A stretch of DNA of 64,000 nt from Nitrososphaerota archaeon (GTDB lineage Archaea; Thermoproteota; Nitrososphaeria_A; Caldarchaeales; Caldarchaeaceae). The translations under genes were made by a program, and so were the position numbers. Under the pieces are notes generated by a model. The model worked only from the letters and a program-made list of their open reading frames with translations, was not told the origin of the DNA and searched no databases. The stretch spans positions 64,001 to 128,000 of the forward strand of contig JBEPYN010000001.1 of the NCBI GenBank assembly GCA_041641305.1, read 5' to 3'. Positions 1-9,527 of the stretch are shown piece by piece. The number at the start of each line of letters is the position of its first letter. Position 1 is the first letter of the stretch.

Positions 1-620
1 GAGTGGAACAGCTCTATGACGCTGCCTTCATGTGCTCTGAATTCGCTGCGTCGGTGAACAAGGTAAATCTCAGAAGCTATGTCTTTTAGGTTGAGGGCCC
101 AGTCAACCGCTGAGTCACCGCCTCCGACTATAACGACACGCTTGTTTCTGAACATCCATTTGTCCTTAACTGTGTAGTATACGCCTTTTCCCTCAAACCG
201 CTCGACAGAGGGGTTTCCGAGTTTACGGGGTGTAAATGCTCCGTGTCCTGCGGCTATGAGCACGGTTTTAGAGAAGTGAACACCCTTATCAGTGGTTAGC
301 TCAATAATTCCACCGTCGAGCCGAGTCAAGTTAAGAACTCTTTCCGAGAAATGGAACTTTGGATTGTAGGCGCTCGCCTGCTCGAACAAGTTTTTCGCCA
401 AGTCTTTAGAAAGTATCTTGGGGAAGCCTGCTACATCGTAGATGAATTTGTCCGGATAAAGGGTTGTCAGCTGGCCGCCGTAAGTGTCCAGAGCCTCAAT
501 AACCTTGGTCTTCATGCCTCTCATACCGGCGGCGTAAAACGCGGCGAACAGGCCCGTGGGCCCAGCGCCGATTATGGTCATGTCATACACATCGAAAGGC
601 TCCATGGTCAACTCATTCAT
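1..620 (-). CDS. Ferredoxin--NADP reductase (TrxB-like, YumC type), 3' end outside window
   Basis: Manual translation: MNELTMEPFDVYDMTIIGAGPTGLFAAFY...GGQLTTLYPDKFIYDVAGFP...VIVGGGDSAVDWA...VHRR. Has GVYYTVKD where thioredoxin reductase has CxxC. Not in ORF track because it is truncated. Confidence 0.85.
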   Translation of the reverse strand, partial: MNELTMEPFDVYDMTIIGAGPTGLFAAFYAAGMRGMKTKVIEALDTYGGQLTTLYPDKFIYDVAGFPKILSKDLAKNLFEQASAYNPKFHFSERVLNLTRLDGGIIELTTDKGVHFSKTVLIAAGHGAFTPRKLGNPSVERFEGKGVYYTVKDKWMFRNKRVVIVGGGDSAVDWALNLKDIASEIYLVHRRSEFRAHEGSVIELFH

Positions 621-634
621 ACATAAATGCGGAT

Positions 635-1627
635 TTAAGTTTGCCCCAGCCCAATCGGTTTTATTGGAAGACTTAATTCTGCCACGTCGGCCAGGTCCTC
701 GCAAACTCTCGCCAGATGGAAATGAAATTTATAGAGGGATGCGGTGTCACTTCGTCCCGGCATTCGTTTCAAAAAATCCTCACTATGTTTCATGAACTCG
801 CTTCTGAGCCCGGTAACCTTGGTGACAAGTGCAATCTCGTGGCTAAATAATGCGTCAATGGGTTGAAAACCAATTGAGAGCACTATGTTGGCGAGTTTTC
901 TGAACTCTTGTTTAACCTCTTTGGCTAGGGGTTTCCTGTTTCTCAGCTTTTCCTTAGCCATTTCCGCTGCTTGGTCTCCCGCGTCTTCTATGAATTTGGC
1001 TGCAACCCTTAGGTCAAGGAGGTTAAGTGGCGTGATATTCAGCCTTTTGGCGAGGGCGGGGTCAACCAGAGCTGAGCGTAGAACTCGGACAAGCGTGAAA
1101 TAAAGTCTATCAACCTCTTCGTCTCTTGTAACCGCCATCCTGCCGAGCGACAAATCATCCGTCACAACAGAGTTTACGGCATACTCAACCATACCGATAA
1201 CGAGGTTGTACTGTCTTCTTAGAAGCCTCTCAGGGGCCACAGTTTCCTCGTTAAGAACAATCTGCACCTCCACGCTTTTGTCAGCTTCGTCAACTATCTC
1301 AGCACCTGCCAGTCCACGCACGATCCGCCTGACCTCTTCGAGCTGGGTGTCCGTGATAGAAGTTTCAGACACAATTCTTATGGTATCGTATCCGTAGAGG
1401 TAGGCGCCTACGAGCAGCTGGTTAATGTCGTCTGTAAACATAATTTCCACTTTCGAGACACGTCGAGAAACGGGTGTGTCAGGGTAGATATACAGCCCAC
1501 CATCCTCCGATGGCTTAATAATAACCTGTGAACCCTTGGACAGCCCCATCCTTTCTACCCACTCCTTTGGAAGAGTAACCGTGAACGAGCTGCCACCGGT
1601 AAGCTGAACCGCTCTCCTGACCTCCAC
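635..1627 (-). CDS. phoU: Phosphate uptake regulator PhoU with N-terminal AbrB/MazE DNA-binding domain
   Basis: RAVQLTGGSSFTVTLPKEW (AbrB) and PhoU repeats DEEVDRLYF, IEDAGD. Likely GTG start at 1627; the ORF-track extension to 1882 overlaps rpl22. Confidence 0.85.
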   Translation of the reverse strand: MEVRRAVQLTGGSSFTVTLPKEWVERMGLSKGSQVIIKPSEDGGLYIYPDTPVSRRVSKVEIMFTDDINQLLVGAYLYGYDTIRIVSETSITDTQLEEVRRIVRGLAGAEIVDEADKSVEVQIVLNEETVAPERLLRRQYNLVIGMVEYAVNSVVTDDLSLGRMAVTRDEEVDRLYFTLVRVLRSALVDPALAKRLNITPLNLLDLRVAAKFIEDAGDQAAEMAKEKLRNRKPLAKEVKQEFRKLANIVLSIGFQPIDALFSHEIALVTKVTGLRSEFMKHSEDFLKRMPGRSDTASLYKFHFHLARVCEDLADVAELSLPIKPIGLGQT

Positions 1628-1715
1628 AATAGGACATTCAATATGCTTGTTGTTAAGCCTTGCACAAGATACCTTTATAACATGACTTAATGGGTTGGAT
1701 AATTTAGACGCGAAA

Positions 1716-2174
1716 ATGCCGAGCTGGAGATACTCCACGACCGTCGGTGAAAAGGAGGACGAGGTCCGGGCGAGCCTCAGAGAGATAGATGTCTCTCCAA
1801 AATGGGCCCGGGAAGTGTGCAAAGCTCTCAAGGGCTTGACAATCCCAGAGGCCAAGAAATTGCTCGAAGACGTGATAAACAAGAAGAGGATGATACCCTA
1901 TAGGCGATACAAAAAGAAACGGGCGCATCACGCGGAGACAAAGGGGCCCGGAGGCTACCCTGTCAAAGTCTCCAAACATCTTCTCAAGCTCGTTGAAAGT
2001 CTGGAGGCAAACGCAGAGTTTAAAGGCTTAGACCCGGAAAAAACAAAAATTGTCCATGCGGCGTCTCACAAAGGCAGAACTCTTCGGAAAAACATAGAAA
2101 GAGCCTTTGGGCGCTCAAGCCCATATAATCGGACTTATGTTCATATTGAGCTGGCGGCGGTGAGTGGTGGATGA
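1716..2174 (+). CDS. rpl22: 50S ribosomal protein L22
   Basis: VSPKWAREVC, GGYPVK, ANAEFKGLD, RAFGRSSP...HIEL. ATG at 1716 follows TTTATAA at about 1676. Confidence 0.97.
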   Translation: MPSWRYSTTVGEKEDEVRASLREIDVSPKWAREVCKALKGLTIPEAKKLLEDVINKKRMIPYRRYKKKRAHHAETKGPGGYPVKVSKHLLKLVESLEANAEFKGLDPEKTKIVHAASHKGRTLRKNIERAFGRSSPYNRTYVHIELAAVSGG

Positions 2175-2782
2175 CGCTGGTTAAACAGATTCTCGAGACG
2201 AGGATTAAGAAGGCGGATATTGAGGAGTACCTGCGTGAGAAACTTAAGAACGCTTTCTTCGGCGGAGTCAGCATTAGCTTTACTCCTTTGGGTACGAGGG
2301 TCACAATCTATGCCATGAGGCCGAGTAGGGTCATAGGGCCTAAGGGCAAGGTTATCAAGGAAATCACGGAGACGTTGGAGAAACAGTTCGGGGTTGAGAA
2401 CCCTGTGGTGACCGTGGTTGAGGTGGAGGTCCCCGAGCTCAACCCCTACGTCATGGCTGAGAGAATTGCCCAAGACCTGGCCCGAGGTCTCAGATATAGA
2501 AGAGTTGGGTTCTGGGCCGTGAAAAGGATAATGGAAGCCGGTGCTAAGGGAGTGGAGGTTCACATAAGTGGGAAGCTCACTTCCGCAAGGGCGAGAACCG
2601 AGAAGTTTACAGAAGGTTTTATGCCCAAGTCGGGCGAGCTAGCGATGAACTATGTCCTCGAAGGAAAGTCTTCGGTGCTGTTGAAAACCGGTCTCTTCGG
2701 CGTCAGGGTTCTTATTTACCCGCCTGACGCACCTCTTCCAGAGGAGATAAAGGTGAGGCAGAGTGAAGCTTCAAGAGCTTAG
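2171..2782 (+). CDS. rps3: 30S ribosomal protein S3
   Basis: TPLGTRVTIYAMRPSRVIG KH domain, GAKGVEVHISGKL. Confidence 0.98.
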   Translation: MTLVKQILETRIKKADIEEYLREKLKNAFFGGVSISFTPLGTRVTIYAMRPSRVIGPKGKVIKEITETLEKQFGVENPVVTVVEVEVPELNPYVMAERIAQDLARGLRYRRVGFWAVKRIMEAGAKGVEVHISGKLTSARARTEKFTEGFMPKSGELAMNYVLEGKSSVLLKTGLFGVRVLIYPPDAPLPEEIKVRQSEASRA

Positions 2783-2963
2783 GGAACTTAACGAGAAAGA
2801 GCTGATTAAGAAGATTGAGGAGCTCAAGGCTGAGCTAAGACAAGTCATTTCGGAGATAGGGAAAGGAGGGATGGTTGAGAACCCGATGAGGAAAAGAGAG
2901 CTACGGAAAGAAATCGCGAGAGCCTACACGGTGTTGACGGAGAAGAGGCGACAGAGAAAATGA
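2763..2963 (+). CDS. rpl29: 50S ribosomal protein L29
   Basis: ELRELNEKEL...ENPMRKRELRKEIARAYTV; operon position. Confidence 0.95.
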   Translation: MKLQELRELNEKELIKKIEELKAELRQVISEIGKGGMVENPMRKRELRKEIARAYTVLTEKRRQRK

Positions 2964-3199
2964 CCAAGCCACTTAACATCTACATCCTTGGGAGAAGGGT
3001 CAAAGTAACCTACAACAATAGAACTTCAGAGGGAGTTGTCGTCTCTGAGACACGTAACATGGTCAAGGTGAAGACTATGAATGGTGAGAAAAGTTTTCCC
3101 AAGATCAATTCAGTTTTATGGATTGACGGCAAAGCAGTCGAAGGCTCTAGGCTGGTTGCCCGGCCTTTCGAAAGACTGTTGAGAGGTGGCGGAAAATGA
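2960..3199 (+). CDS. rnp1: RNase P protein component 1 (Rpp29/POP4)
   Basis: ILGRRVKV...GVVVSETRNMV...PK...G.RLVARPFERL; conserved position between L29 and S17. Confidence 0.88.
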   Translation: MTKPLNIYILGRRVKVTYNNRTSEGVVVSETRNMVKVKTMNGEKSFPKINSVLWIDGKAVEGSRLVARPFERLLRGGGK

Positions 3200-3525
3200 G
3201 CGAGGCCCGGAACATCGGCATCCCCGTTAAGCCTCCGAAGACAACCTGCAGCGACCGAGACTGCCCCTTCCACGGAAACTTGCCGGTGAGAGGCATTCTA
3301 CTCAGCGGAGTCGTCTACAAAAAAAAGATGAACAAGACCGTGGTTGTGGAGAACGAGCACACGGTTTACGTCAAAAAATACAAGAGGTATATGCGGAGAA
3401 GGTCGCGGATTTCTGCGCATCTTCCGCCGTGCGTAGATGCTGAGGTGGGTGACCGAGTGAGGCTGGGTGAGTGCAGGCCACTGAGCAAGACCGTTAGCTT
3501 CGTGGTTCTGGAGAAGATGGGGTGA
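3196..3525 (+). CDS. rps17: 30S ribosomal protein S17
   Basis: CSDRDCPFHG, KKYKRY, GECRPLSKTVSFVV. Confidence 0.98.
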   Translation: MSEARNIGIPVKPPKTTCSDRDCPFHGNLPVRGILLSGVVYKKKMNKTVVVENEHTVYVKKYKRYMRRRSRISAHLPPCVDAEVGDRVRLGECRPLSKTVSFVVLEKMG

Positions 3526-3529
3526 GAAA

Positions 3530-3964
3530 ATGGCGAAGCGAACACGTGCAGTTGCAGCGGTAGGCGTTCTCGAGAGAAGACCCAACATACCACGCACCAT
3601 AGTGCCAGGCTCCTTGATCACCTGCGCCGACAACTCCGGTGCGCAGATACTCAAGATAATACAGGTTCATGGAGTGTCTACACGGCTTCGCCGGGTGCCT
3701 GCTGCAGCGGTGGGGGATAAGGTGAGCGTGACAGTCAAAAAAGGTTCAGCTGACTTGAGGAAGAAGCCGATGCACGCCATAGTTATCCGCCAGCGGAAAC
3801 CATATAGGAGAAGCGACGGAACATGGATATCTTTCGAGGAAACAGCTGCGGTGCTTGTCACACCTGAGGGAGACTTGAAGGGAACCGAGATAAAAGGCCC
3901 TGTAGCCAAGGAGGCTGCCGAACGTTGGCCAAGGGTTGCCAACGCGGCCAGCATGATAGTATGA
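3530..3964 (+). CDS. rpl14: 50S ribosomal protein L14
   Basis: CADNSGA, IRQRKPYRR, KGPVAKEAAERWP. Confidence 0.98.
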   Translation: MAKRTRAVAAVGVLERRPNIPRTIVPGSLITCADNSGAQILKIIQVHGVSTRLRRVPAAAVGDKVSVTVKKGSADLRKKPMHAIVIRQRKPYRRSDGTWISFEETAAVLVTPEGDLKGTEIKGPVAKEAAERWPRVANAASMIV

Positions 3965-3965
3965 G

Positions 3966-4334
3966 GTGAGAAGAGTGTCGTCAGCGTCTCCGAGGAAACA
4001 GCGTCTCCGCCGCTACAACGCGCCGAAACACATAGTGGCAAAGTTTTTGTCTGCTCATCTTTCCCCGGAGCTGAGGAATAAATACCGCAGACGGAGCGTC
4101 AGGCTTAGGCAAGGTGACACGGTGAAGGTGATTAAAGGCACGTTCAAGAACATAGAGGGCAAGGTGAAGAAAGTGGATGTCAAAAGGCAGATGGCCTACA
4201 TCGAGAACGTTTCCATCAAGAAGGCAGACGGGTCGACGGTCGATGTCCCAATAAGGATACCAAACCTTATGATAACGCAGCTTAACCTCGACGACAAATA
4301 CCGTAAAGAGAAGCTGGAGGCGAAGACGGCATGA
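3966..4334 (+). CDS. rpl24: 50S ribosomal protein L24
   Basis: SPRKQR...NAP, LSPELR, GDTVKVIKG KOW motif. Confidence 0.97.
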   Translation: MRRVSSASPRKQRLRRYNAPKHIVAKFLSAHLSPELRNKYRRRSVRLRQGDTVKVIKGTFKNIEGKVKKVDVKRQMAYIENVSIKKADGSTVDVPIRIPNLMITQLNLDDKYRKEKLEAKTA

Positions 4335-5044
4335 CTCATCTAAAATCTCTCGCAGCCCCCCGCCACTATCCAAAAAAGGCCACCGTTTTCACGGTCAACC
4401 CAAGTCCAGGACCACATCCCAAGAAAAAATCAATCCCACTTCTAATAGCGGTAAGAGACCTGCTAAAACTTGCAGATAACGCTCACACAGCGCGGAGAAT
4501 AATCAAGCAGGGGAAGTTCCTTGTGGATGGACGGGTGATAAGGGATCCCAAGTTTCCGCTGGGGTTGATGGATGTTTTATCAATTCCAGAATTGGGCGAG
4601 AGCTACCGTGTGTTGATTAAGTTGGGTAAAGGCCTCTCACTTGTGAAGACATCCAGCGAAGAAGCCGGGTTCAAAGTCTGTCAAATAGTGAGAAAAAACC
4701 ATGTCCGCGGCGGCGGCTTGATGATAGGGCTTCACGACGGCAGAACAATCCTATTCAGGGGAGAGTCCCTTGAAAGAGGGAAGAGTCTTAAAACCTTGGA
4801 CTCTGTCAAAATCGCGCTCCCCAGTCAGGAAATTATTGAAACCATTTCTCTCGACAACGGAGTATACGGCTATATTCACAGCGGCGCCCGCGCCGGGCTT
4901 CATGGGAAAATCCTAAAGATAAGGAGAGATGTGGTTTTCCCTGACAAGCCAACAGCCACTATTGAAACGAGTCAGGGAGCTGTCACAACTCTACTCAGCA
5001 GCATAATGCCAATAGGGGGTGAAGCACCATGGATAACACTTTAG
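4331..5044 (+). CDS. rps4e: 30S ribosomal protein S4e
   Basis: HLKSLAAP, PSPGPH, VDGRVIRDPKFPLGLMDV, LHDGR. Confidence 0.97.
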   Translation: MTHLKSLAAPRHYPKKATVFTVNPSPGPHPKKKSIPLLIAVRDLLKLADNAHTARRIIKQGKFLVDGRVIRDPKFPLGLMDVLSIPELGESYRVLIKLGKGLSLVKTSSEEAGFKVCQIVRKNHVRGGGLMIGLHDGRTILFRGESLERGKSLKTLDSVKIALPSQEIIETISLDNGVYGYIHSGARAGLHGKILKIRRDVVFPDKPTATIETSQGAVTTLLSSIMPIGGEAPWITL

Positions 5045-5550
5045 AACTGTTTCAGAAGCCGAGAATTGAGAAGGTCGTCGTCAACTGCGCGGTCGGCGAA
5101 GGAGGCGCGAGGCTTGAGAGAGCTCAGAAAATACTCGAATCTCTTGTTAACCAGAAACCAGAGGTTAGAAAGGCGAGGAAAACCATAAGAGGTTTCGGAA
5201 TACACAAGGGAGAACCAATAGCGCTACGAGTAACACTTAGGAAAGCTGCTGCAGAGGAGTTTCTTAAAAAAGCTTTGATGGCGGTCAACAACCGAATAAA
5301 GAAGTCCTCTATCGATAACATGGGCAGCTTCTCATTCGGCATCAAAGAACATCTCGACATCCCTGGCACACGCTATAACCCGGAGCTCGGGATAATTGGC
5401 ATGGATGTCACAGTTCACTTAACTAAGCCTGGGTACAGGGTTTCTAAGAGGGCTTATCGACGGGCGCGAGTTGGGGTCAGGCAGCGTGTCACGGTTGAGG
5501 AGGCGGTCGAGTTTCTCAGGGAGATGGGTGTGGAGGTGGTTGAGGAGTGA
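5029..5550 (+). CDS. rpl5: 50S ribosomal protein L5
   Basis: PRIEKVVVN, FGIHKGEPI, FSFGIKEHLDIPG. Confidence 0.97.
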   Translation: MDNTLELFQKPRIEKVVVNCAVGEGGARLERAQKILESLVNQKPEVRKARKTIRGFGIHKGEPIALRVTLRKAAAEEFLKKALMAVNNRIKKSSIDNMGSFSFGIKEHLDIPGTRYNPELGIIGMDVTVHLTKPGYRVSKRAYRRARVGVRQRVTVEEAVEFLREMGVEVVEE

Positions 5551-5708
5551 AGCAAAAGCCTCCTAAGCAGAGGAAATTTGGCAAAGGTGTTCACGTGTGC
5601 AGAAGATGCGGCACAAGCGTGGGCGTTATCAGAAAATATGGCCTCTACATTTGTAGAAGATGCATCAACGAAATTGCTCCCAAGCTTGGTTTCAACGTCT
5701 ATGATTAG
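5547..5708 (+). CDS. rps14: 30S ribosomal protein S14 (zinc-binding), 53 aa, missed by ORF track
   Basis: Manual translation from GTG 5547: MKQKPPKQRKFGKGVHVCRRCGTSVGVIRKYGLYICRRCINEIAPKLGFNVYD. Confidence 0.95.
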   Translation: MKQKPPKQRKFGKGVHVCRRCGTSVGVIRKYGLYICRRCINEIAPKLGFNVYD

Positions 5709-5719
5709 GTGATGATGAT

Positions 5720-6103
5720 ATGACGGATCTTGTTTCAGCTTTGTTCACAACTTTGCAGAACAACGAGATGGTCAGAAACCGAGAATGCATAGTCAAAGCA
5801 AGTAACTTGGTAGCAGAGATATTGAAGGTTCTTCAGAGAGCAGGATATGTCGGAGCCTTTGAATACATAGACAACGGCCGCGGAGGTCTGTTTAGGGTTC
5901 AGCTTTTGGGCAGGATAAACAGGTCTGCCCCCATACGGCCGAGGATGAGCGTCAAAGCGAACCATTTCGAGATGTTTGAGCAACGCTACCTACCTGGGAG
6001 AAACGTAGGCATGCTGGTTGTCACAACACCGAAGGGTGTCATGTCTCACGAAGAAGCTAAAAAGATGAAAACGGGAGGGAGGCTGCTGGGCTATGTCTAC
6101 TAA
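5720..6103 (+). CDS. rps8: 30S ribosomal protein S8
   Basis: GYVGAFEYIDNGRGG, LLGRIN, VTTPKGVMSH. Confidence 0.98.
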   Translation: MTDLVSALFTTLQNNEMVRNRECIVKASNLVAEILKVLQRAGYVGAFEYIDNGRGGLFRVQLLGRINRSAPIRPRMSVKANHFEMFEQRYLPGRNVGMLVVTTPKGVMSHEEAKKMKTGGRLLGYVY

Positions 6104-6635
6104 GTTTCTGGAAGAAGAGTTCCAGATACCAGACAAAGTCAGGGTCCAGATGAGCGGGAATACTCTCGTCTTCGAGGGAGCCAAAGGCCGCGTCGCCAAG
6201 GATATAAGCCACATACCTGCGGATGTTAAAGTCGGGGATGGCAGGATTGTTTTCAAAGTTCCAGGAAAGTCTAGAAAAGCAAAAGCACTATTAGGAACGC
6301 TTGTCTCCATCGCGAGAAACGCGGTGACAGGTGTCACCAAAGGATACGTCTATAAAATGAAGGTCGTCTCGTCACACTTCCCGATAACTGTGAAAGTGGT
6401 GGGTAACGAGGTTCATATAACAAACTTCATAGGAGAAAAATATGTCCGTAGGGCTAAGATCGTTGGAGACGTGAAGGTGCAGGTGAAGGGTGACGAGATA
6501 GTGATAACGGGTGTCGATAAGGAGAGTGTTGGCCAGACAGCGGCAAACATCGAGAACGCTACACGCATACCGAGAAAAGACCCGCGAAAGTTTCTCGACG
6601 GAATATATGTGATGGAGAAGGCGGTTGGTGAGTAG
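6093..6635 (+). CDS. rpl6: 50S ribosomal protein L6
   Basis: GVTKGY, SHFPI, NFIGEK, GQTAANIE, KDPRKFLDGIY. Confidence 0.98.
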   Translation: MSTKFLEEEFQIPDKVRVQMSGNTLVFEGAKGRVAKDISHIPADVKVGDGRIVFKVPGKSRKAKALLGTLVSIARNAVTGVTKGYVYKMKVVSSHFPITVKVVGNEVHITNFIGEKYVRRAKIVGDVKVQVKGDEIVITGVDKESVGQTAANIENATRIPRKDPRKFLDGIYVMEKAVGE

Positions 6636-6636
6636 T

Positions 6637-7014
6637 ATGTTGCCCGCCAAGGTGTTGAGAAAAAGGAGAAAAACTCCCAAGTTTGTGCGGCAGGAGAGCT
6701 GGAGATACGTGCGGCTTGAGACAGGGTATAGGAGGCCACGTGGAAAAGACAGCCGTATGAGGCTTCAGAAAAGCGGTTCTCCGCCTCTGGCGAAAATCGG
6801 CTACGGGTCACCTAGAAAATATAGGGGCATTCACCCGTCTGGATTGCGTGACGTTCTCGTCACCACCGTTGCTGACTTGGAGAAGCTCTCGCCAGAGAGA
6901 GATGCTGTGAGGATTTCGGGGCGGCTTGGTCTCAAGAAGAAGCAGGAGATTTTTGAGGCGGCTCAGTCCCGCGGCTTCAAGGTTCTTAACCCGCCTGCTA
7001 AGCAGGGTGGTTGA
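6637..7014 (+). CDS. rpl32e: 50S ribosomal protein L32e
   Basis: PKFVRQESWRYVRL, RRPRGKDS, GYGSP, HPSG. Confidence 0.97.
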   Translation: MLPAKVLRKRRKTPKFVRQESWRYVRLETGYRRPRGKDSRMRLQKSGSPPLAKIGYGSPRKYRGIHPSGLRDVLVTTVADLEKLSPERDAVRISGRLGLKKKQEIFEAAQSRGFKVLNPPAKQGG

Positions 7015-7457
7015 AGATGACGCTTGAGATGCAGAAAAGATTAGCCGCGGATTTGCTCAAATGCGGCGTGAGCCGTGTTAGGTTCGACCCAGAGAGGCTG
7101 GAGGACATCGAGTCAGCGATTACACGGGATGAAATAAGAGGTCTGATAAACGAAGGCGCGATATACAAGGTTCCTGAGAGAGGTGTCAGCAGGGCTCGTG
7201 TCGAGCGCGGTCGGAAAAGAGGAGAGGGGAGCAGAAAAGGCGGCAAACATTCTCTCGTGTCGAGAAAACGGATGTGGATCAACCGTGTCAGGGTGCAAAG
7301 ACGTTTCCTCAAGCAGCTGCGTGAGAAAAACGCGATAGACCCACACAGCTACAGGGTCCTTTATGCCTATGTGAAAGCAGGCAACTTTAAATCCGTCGCC
7401 TCCCTCCGCGGATTCATCAAAAACAAAGGACTGTTAAAGGAGGTGTCTAACAGGTGA
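7011..7457 (+). CDS. rpl19e: 50S ribosomal protein L19e
   Basis: QKRLAADLLKCG, AITRDEIR, GSRKG, WINRVRVQR. Confidence 0.97.
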   Translation: MKMTLEMQKRLAADLLKCGVSRVRFDPERLEDIESAITRDEIRGLINEGAIYKVPERGVSRARVERGRKRGEGSRKGGKHSLVSRKRMWINRVRVQRRFLKQLREKNAIDPHSYRVLYAYVKAGNFKSVASLRGFIKNKGLLKEVSNR

Positions 7458-8029
7458 CGGTTTTGCAGAGGCTTAAGCCGAGAAGAAGACGTCAAGGACA
7501 CACCGACTATAGGAAACGTCTCAAACTTGTGAAGTCAAGGATTGAACGTCTCGTCATCAGGCGTGGATGCAGGAGAATAGTGGTTCAAATCGTAAAATCC
7601 AAGGCTGGTGGCGATGAAACACTCGTCACCGTCGGCTCAGAAGTTCTCAGAAAATACGGCTGGAAAGCGTCGCTTAAATCTGTTCCAGCCGCCTATTTAA
7701 CAGGCCTGCTCGCAGGAAGGAAAGCGCTTGAAAAGAATGTTGAGAAGGCGATTGTAGACATCGGTGTTTACCGGTCTGTAAAGGGGTCGAGGCTTTACGC
7801 AGTCGTTAAAGGCGCCTTAGACGCTGGTCTCGAAATCCCGGTAAGTGAAGAGGTTTTACCCAGCGACGAAAGAATTCATGGCAAACATATATCAGATTAT
7901 GTTGCAAAAATTGCTGACAACCCGGTAGGATACCAGTTCATCGCCTCGGACAGAGAATATCTACTCAAGCTCGGTGAAGAAGTTGAGAGAATTAAGCGGG
8001 AGATTTTAGGAGGTGGAGAAAATGAGTGA
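7454..8029 (+). CDS. rpl18: 50S ribosomal protein L18
   Basis: RRRRQGHTDYRKRL, PAAYLTGLLAG, KGALDAGL. Confidence 0.97.
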   Translation: MTVLQRLKPRRRRQGHTDYRKRLKLVKSRIERLVIRRGCRRIVVQIVKSKAGGDETLVTVGSEVLRKYGWKASLKSVPAAYLTGLLAGRKALEKNVEKAIVDIGVYRSVKGSRLYAVVKGALDAGLEIPVSEEVLPSDERIHGKHISDYVAKIADNPVGYQFIASDREYLLKLGEEVERIKREILGGGENE

Positions 8030-8636
8030 ATGGGTTCCTCGAACACGTTTAGGCCGTCTTGTCCAAGAAGGTAAGATCAACTCGCTGGACCAAATTTTCC
8101 AGATGCATAGTAGGGTGCTTGAGCCGGAGATAGTTGACAGGCTGCTGCCCAACCTCGAGCAAGAGGTTATCGACGTCAAGCTTGTTCAAAGACAGACTGA
8201 CGCTGGAGAAAAAACTCGTTTCAAGGCTCTTGTCGTCGTCGGCAACAGAGACGGATACATAGGCATAGGCACCGGCAAATCGAGCCAAGTGGTCCTCGCC
8301 ATAGAGAAAGCCATTCGCAACGCGAAGCTCAACATTGTCCCCGTTGTGCGTGGATGCGGCAGCTGGGAATGCGCCTGCGGAGAGCCACACAGCCTCTTGG
8401 TCAAATCCGAAGGCAAGTATGGCAGCGTAAGAGTCCAGCTACTGCCCGCTCCAAGAGGCCTCGGCCTTGTGGCGGGCGAATCTCAGAAAGTTGTACTGGC
8501 TTTGGCGGGTGTAAAGGACTGTTGGACACGTAGCTTCGGCGAGACTAGGACATCTTTATCGGTCGTCGGCGCGGTCTACGAGGCCCTCAAACGCACAGCA
8601 GAAGCAGTGTTACCCAGTCTGTGGAGGACTGTCTGA
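8022..8636 (+). CDS. rps5: 30S ribosomal protein S5
   Basis: WVPRTRLGRLV, QTDAGE, RGCGSWECACG, PAPRGLGLVAG. Confidence 0.98.
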   Translation: MSEWVPRTRLGRLVQEGKINSLDQIFQMHSRVLEPEIVDRLLPNLEQEVIDVKLVQRQTDAGEKTRFKALVVVGNRDGYIGIGTGKSSQVVLAIEKAIRNAKLNIVPVVRGCGSWECACGEPHSLLVKSEGKYGSVRVQLLPAPRGLGLVAGESQKVVLALAGVKDCWTRSFGETRTSLSVVGAVYEALKRTAEAVLPSLWRTV

Positions 8637-8638
8637 CC

Positions 8639-9049
8639 ATGGCCATAGTGGCGGTTGTGCGTATCAAAGGCCACGTAGGCACAGCGCCCGATGTCCGGAA
8701 AACTCTCGAATCGCTTAAACTGGATGAAGCATTCAAAGCCGCCCTGTTCAACGAGACCGACACCCTCGTGGGCATGTTGAAGAAGGCTCAGAGATACCTT
8801 ACATGGGGAAACCCAAACAAACAAACCATCCTAACCCTGTTGAAGAAAGCCGGAATCGATGGCGAAAACTTGGAGACACTAGCGGAAAAGCTGGCGAAAG
8901 GCGAGGAGAAACTCAGCCAACCAGTCTACGTATCTCTTCATCCACCGAGCCAAGGCTTCAAAAACACTGTCAAGAGAAGCTACCGATACAAAGGCGAATA
9001 CGGAGACAGAGGCGAAGCCATAAACGAACTAATACGGCGCATGGTTTAA
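8639..9049 (+). CDS. rpl30: 50S ribosomal protein L30
   Basis: AVVRIKG, GMLKK...TWG, LHPP..GFK, GDRGEAINELIRRM. Confidence 0.95.
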   Translation: MAIVAVVRIKGHVGTAPDVRKTLESLKLDEAFKAALFNETDTLVGMLKKAQRYLTWGNPNKQTILTLLKKAGIDGENLETLAEKLAKGEEKLSQPVYVSLHPPSQGFKNTVKRSYRYKGEYGDRGEAINELIRRMV

Positions 9050-9113
9050 ACTGGAAACATTTAATAACAAACACGCCCACCGACACGGTGGAAAGAACAA
9101 CTGGTGAAAAAAT

Positions 9114-9527
9114 ATGCCGACGAGGTCTCGAAAAGTCAGGAAGCTCAGAGGCTCGCGGACACATGGATGGGGCCAGATAGGACAGCACAGAAAAACTGGA
9201 GCTAAGGGCGGCAGAGGAATGGCAGGAGGACACAAGCACAAGTGGACCAAGCTACTTGACAAAGACTATTTTGGAAAACACGGCTTCACACCAATCGTGA
9301 AACATGAGGAGAAGACAGCCAACCTCATTATAGTCTCGATGCTCGCTGAAAAAAGTGAAAACAACCTCGTAAACCTATCCGAAGCAGGCTACACTAAACT
9401 ACTCGGCGGTGGAAAAATAACCACACCTCTTACAATAGTTGTGGAGAAATGGAGTAAGAACGCCGAAGAAAAGGTGAAACAAGCAGGAGGAAACATAGTT
9501 AGGCCAGCAGAGCTGGTGCAGTCATGA
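9114..9527 (+). CDS. rpl15: 50S ribosomal protein L15
   Basis: RKLRGSRTHGWG, GGRGMAG..KHKW, KLLGGG. Confidence 0.97.
   Translation: MPTRSRKVRKLRGSRTHGWGQIGQHRKTGAKGGRGMAGGHKHKWTKLLDKDYFGKHGFTPIVKHEEKTANLIIVSMLAEKSENNLVNLSEAGYTKLLGGGKITTPLTIVVEKWSKNAEEKVKQAGGNIVRPAELVQS

Noticed and set aside
1-620. Thioredoxin reductase
   Set aside because: The redox CxxC is absent and the motifs fit ferredoxin-NADP reductase.
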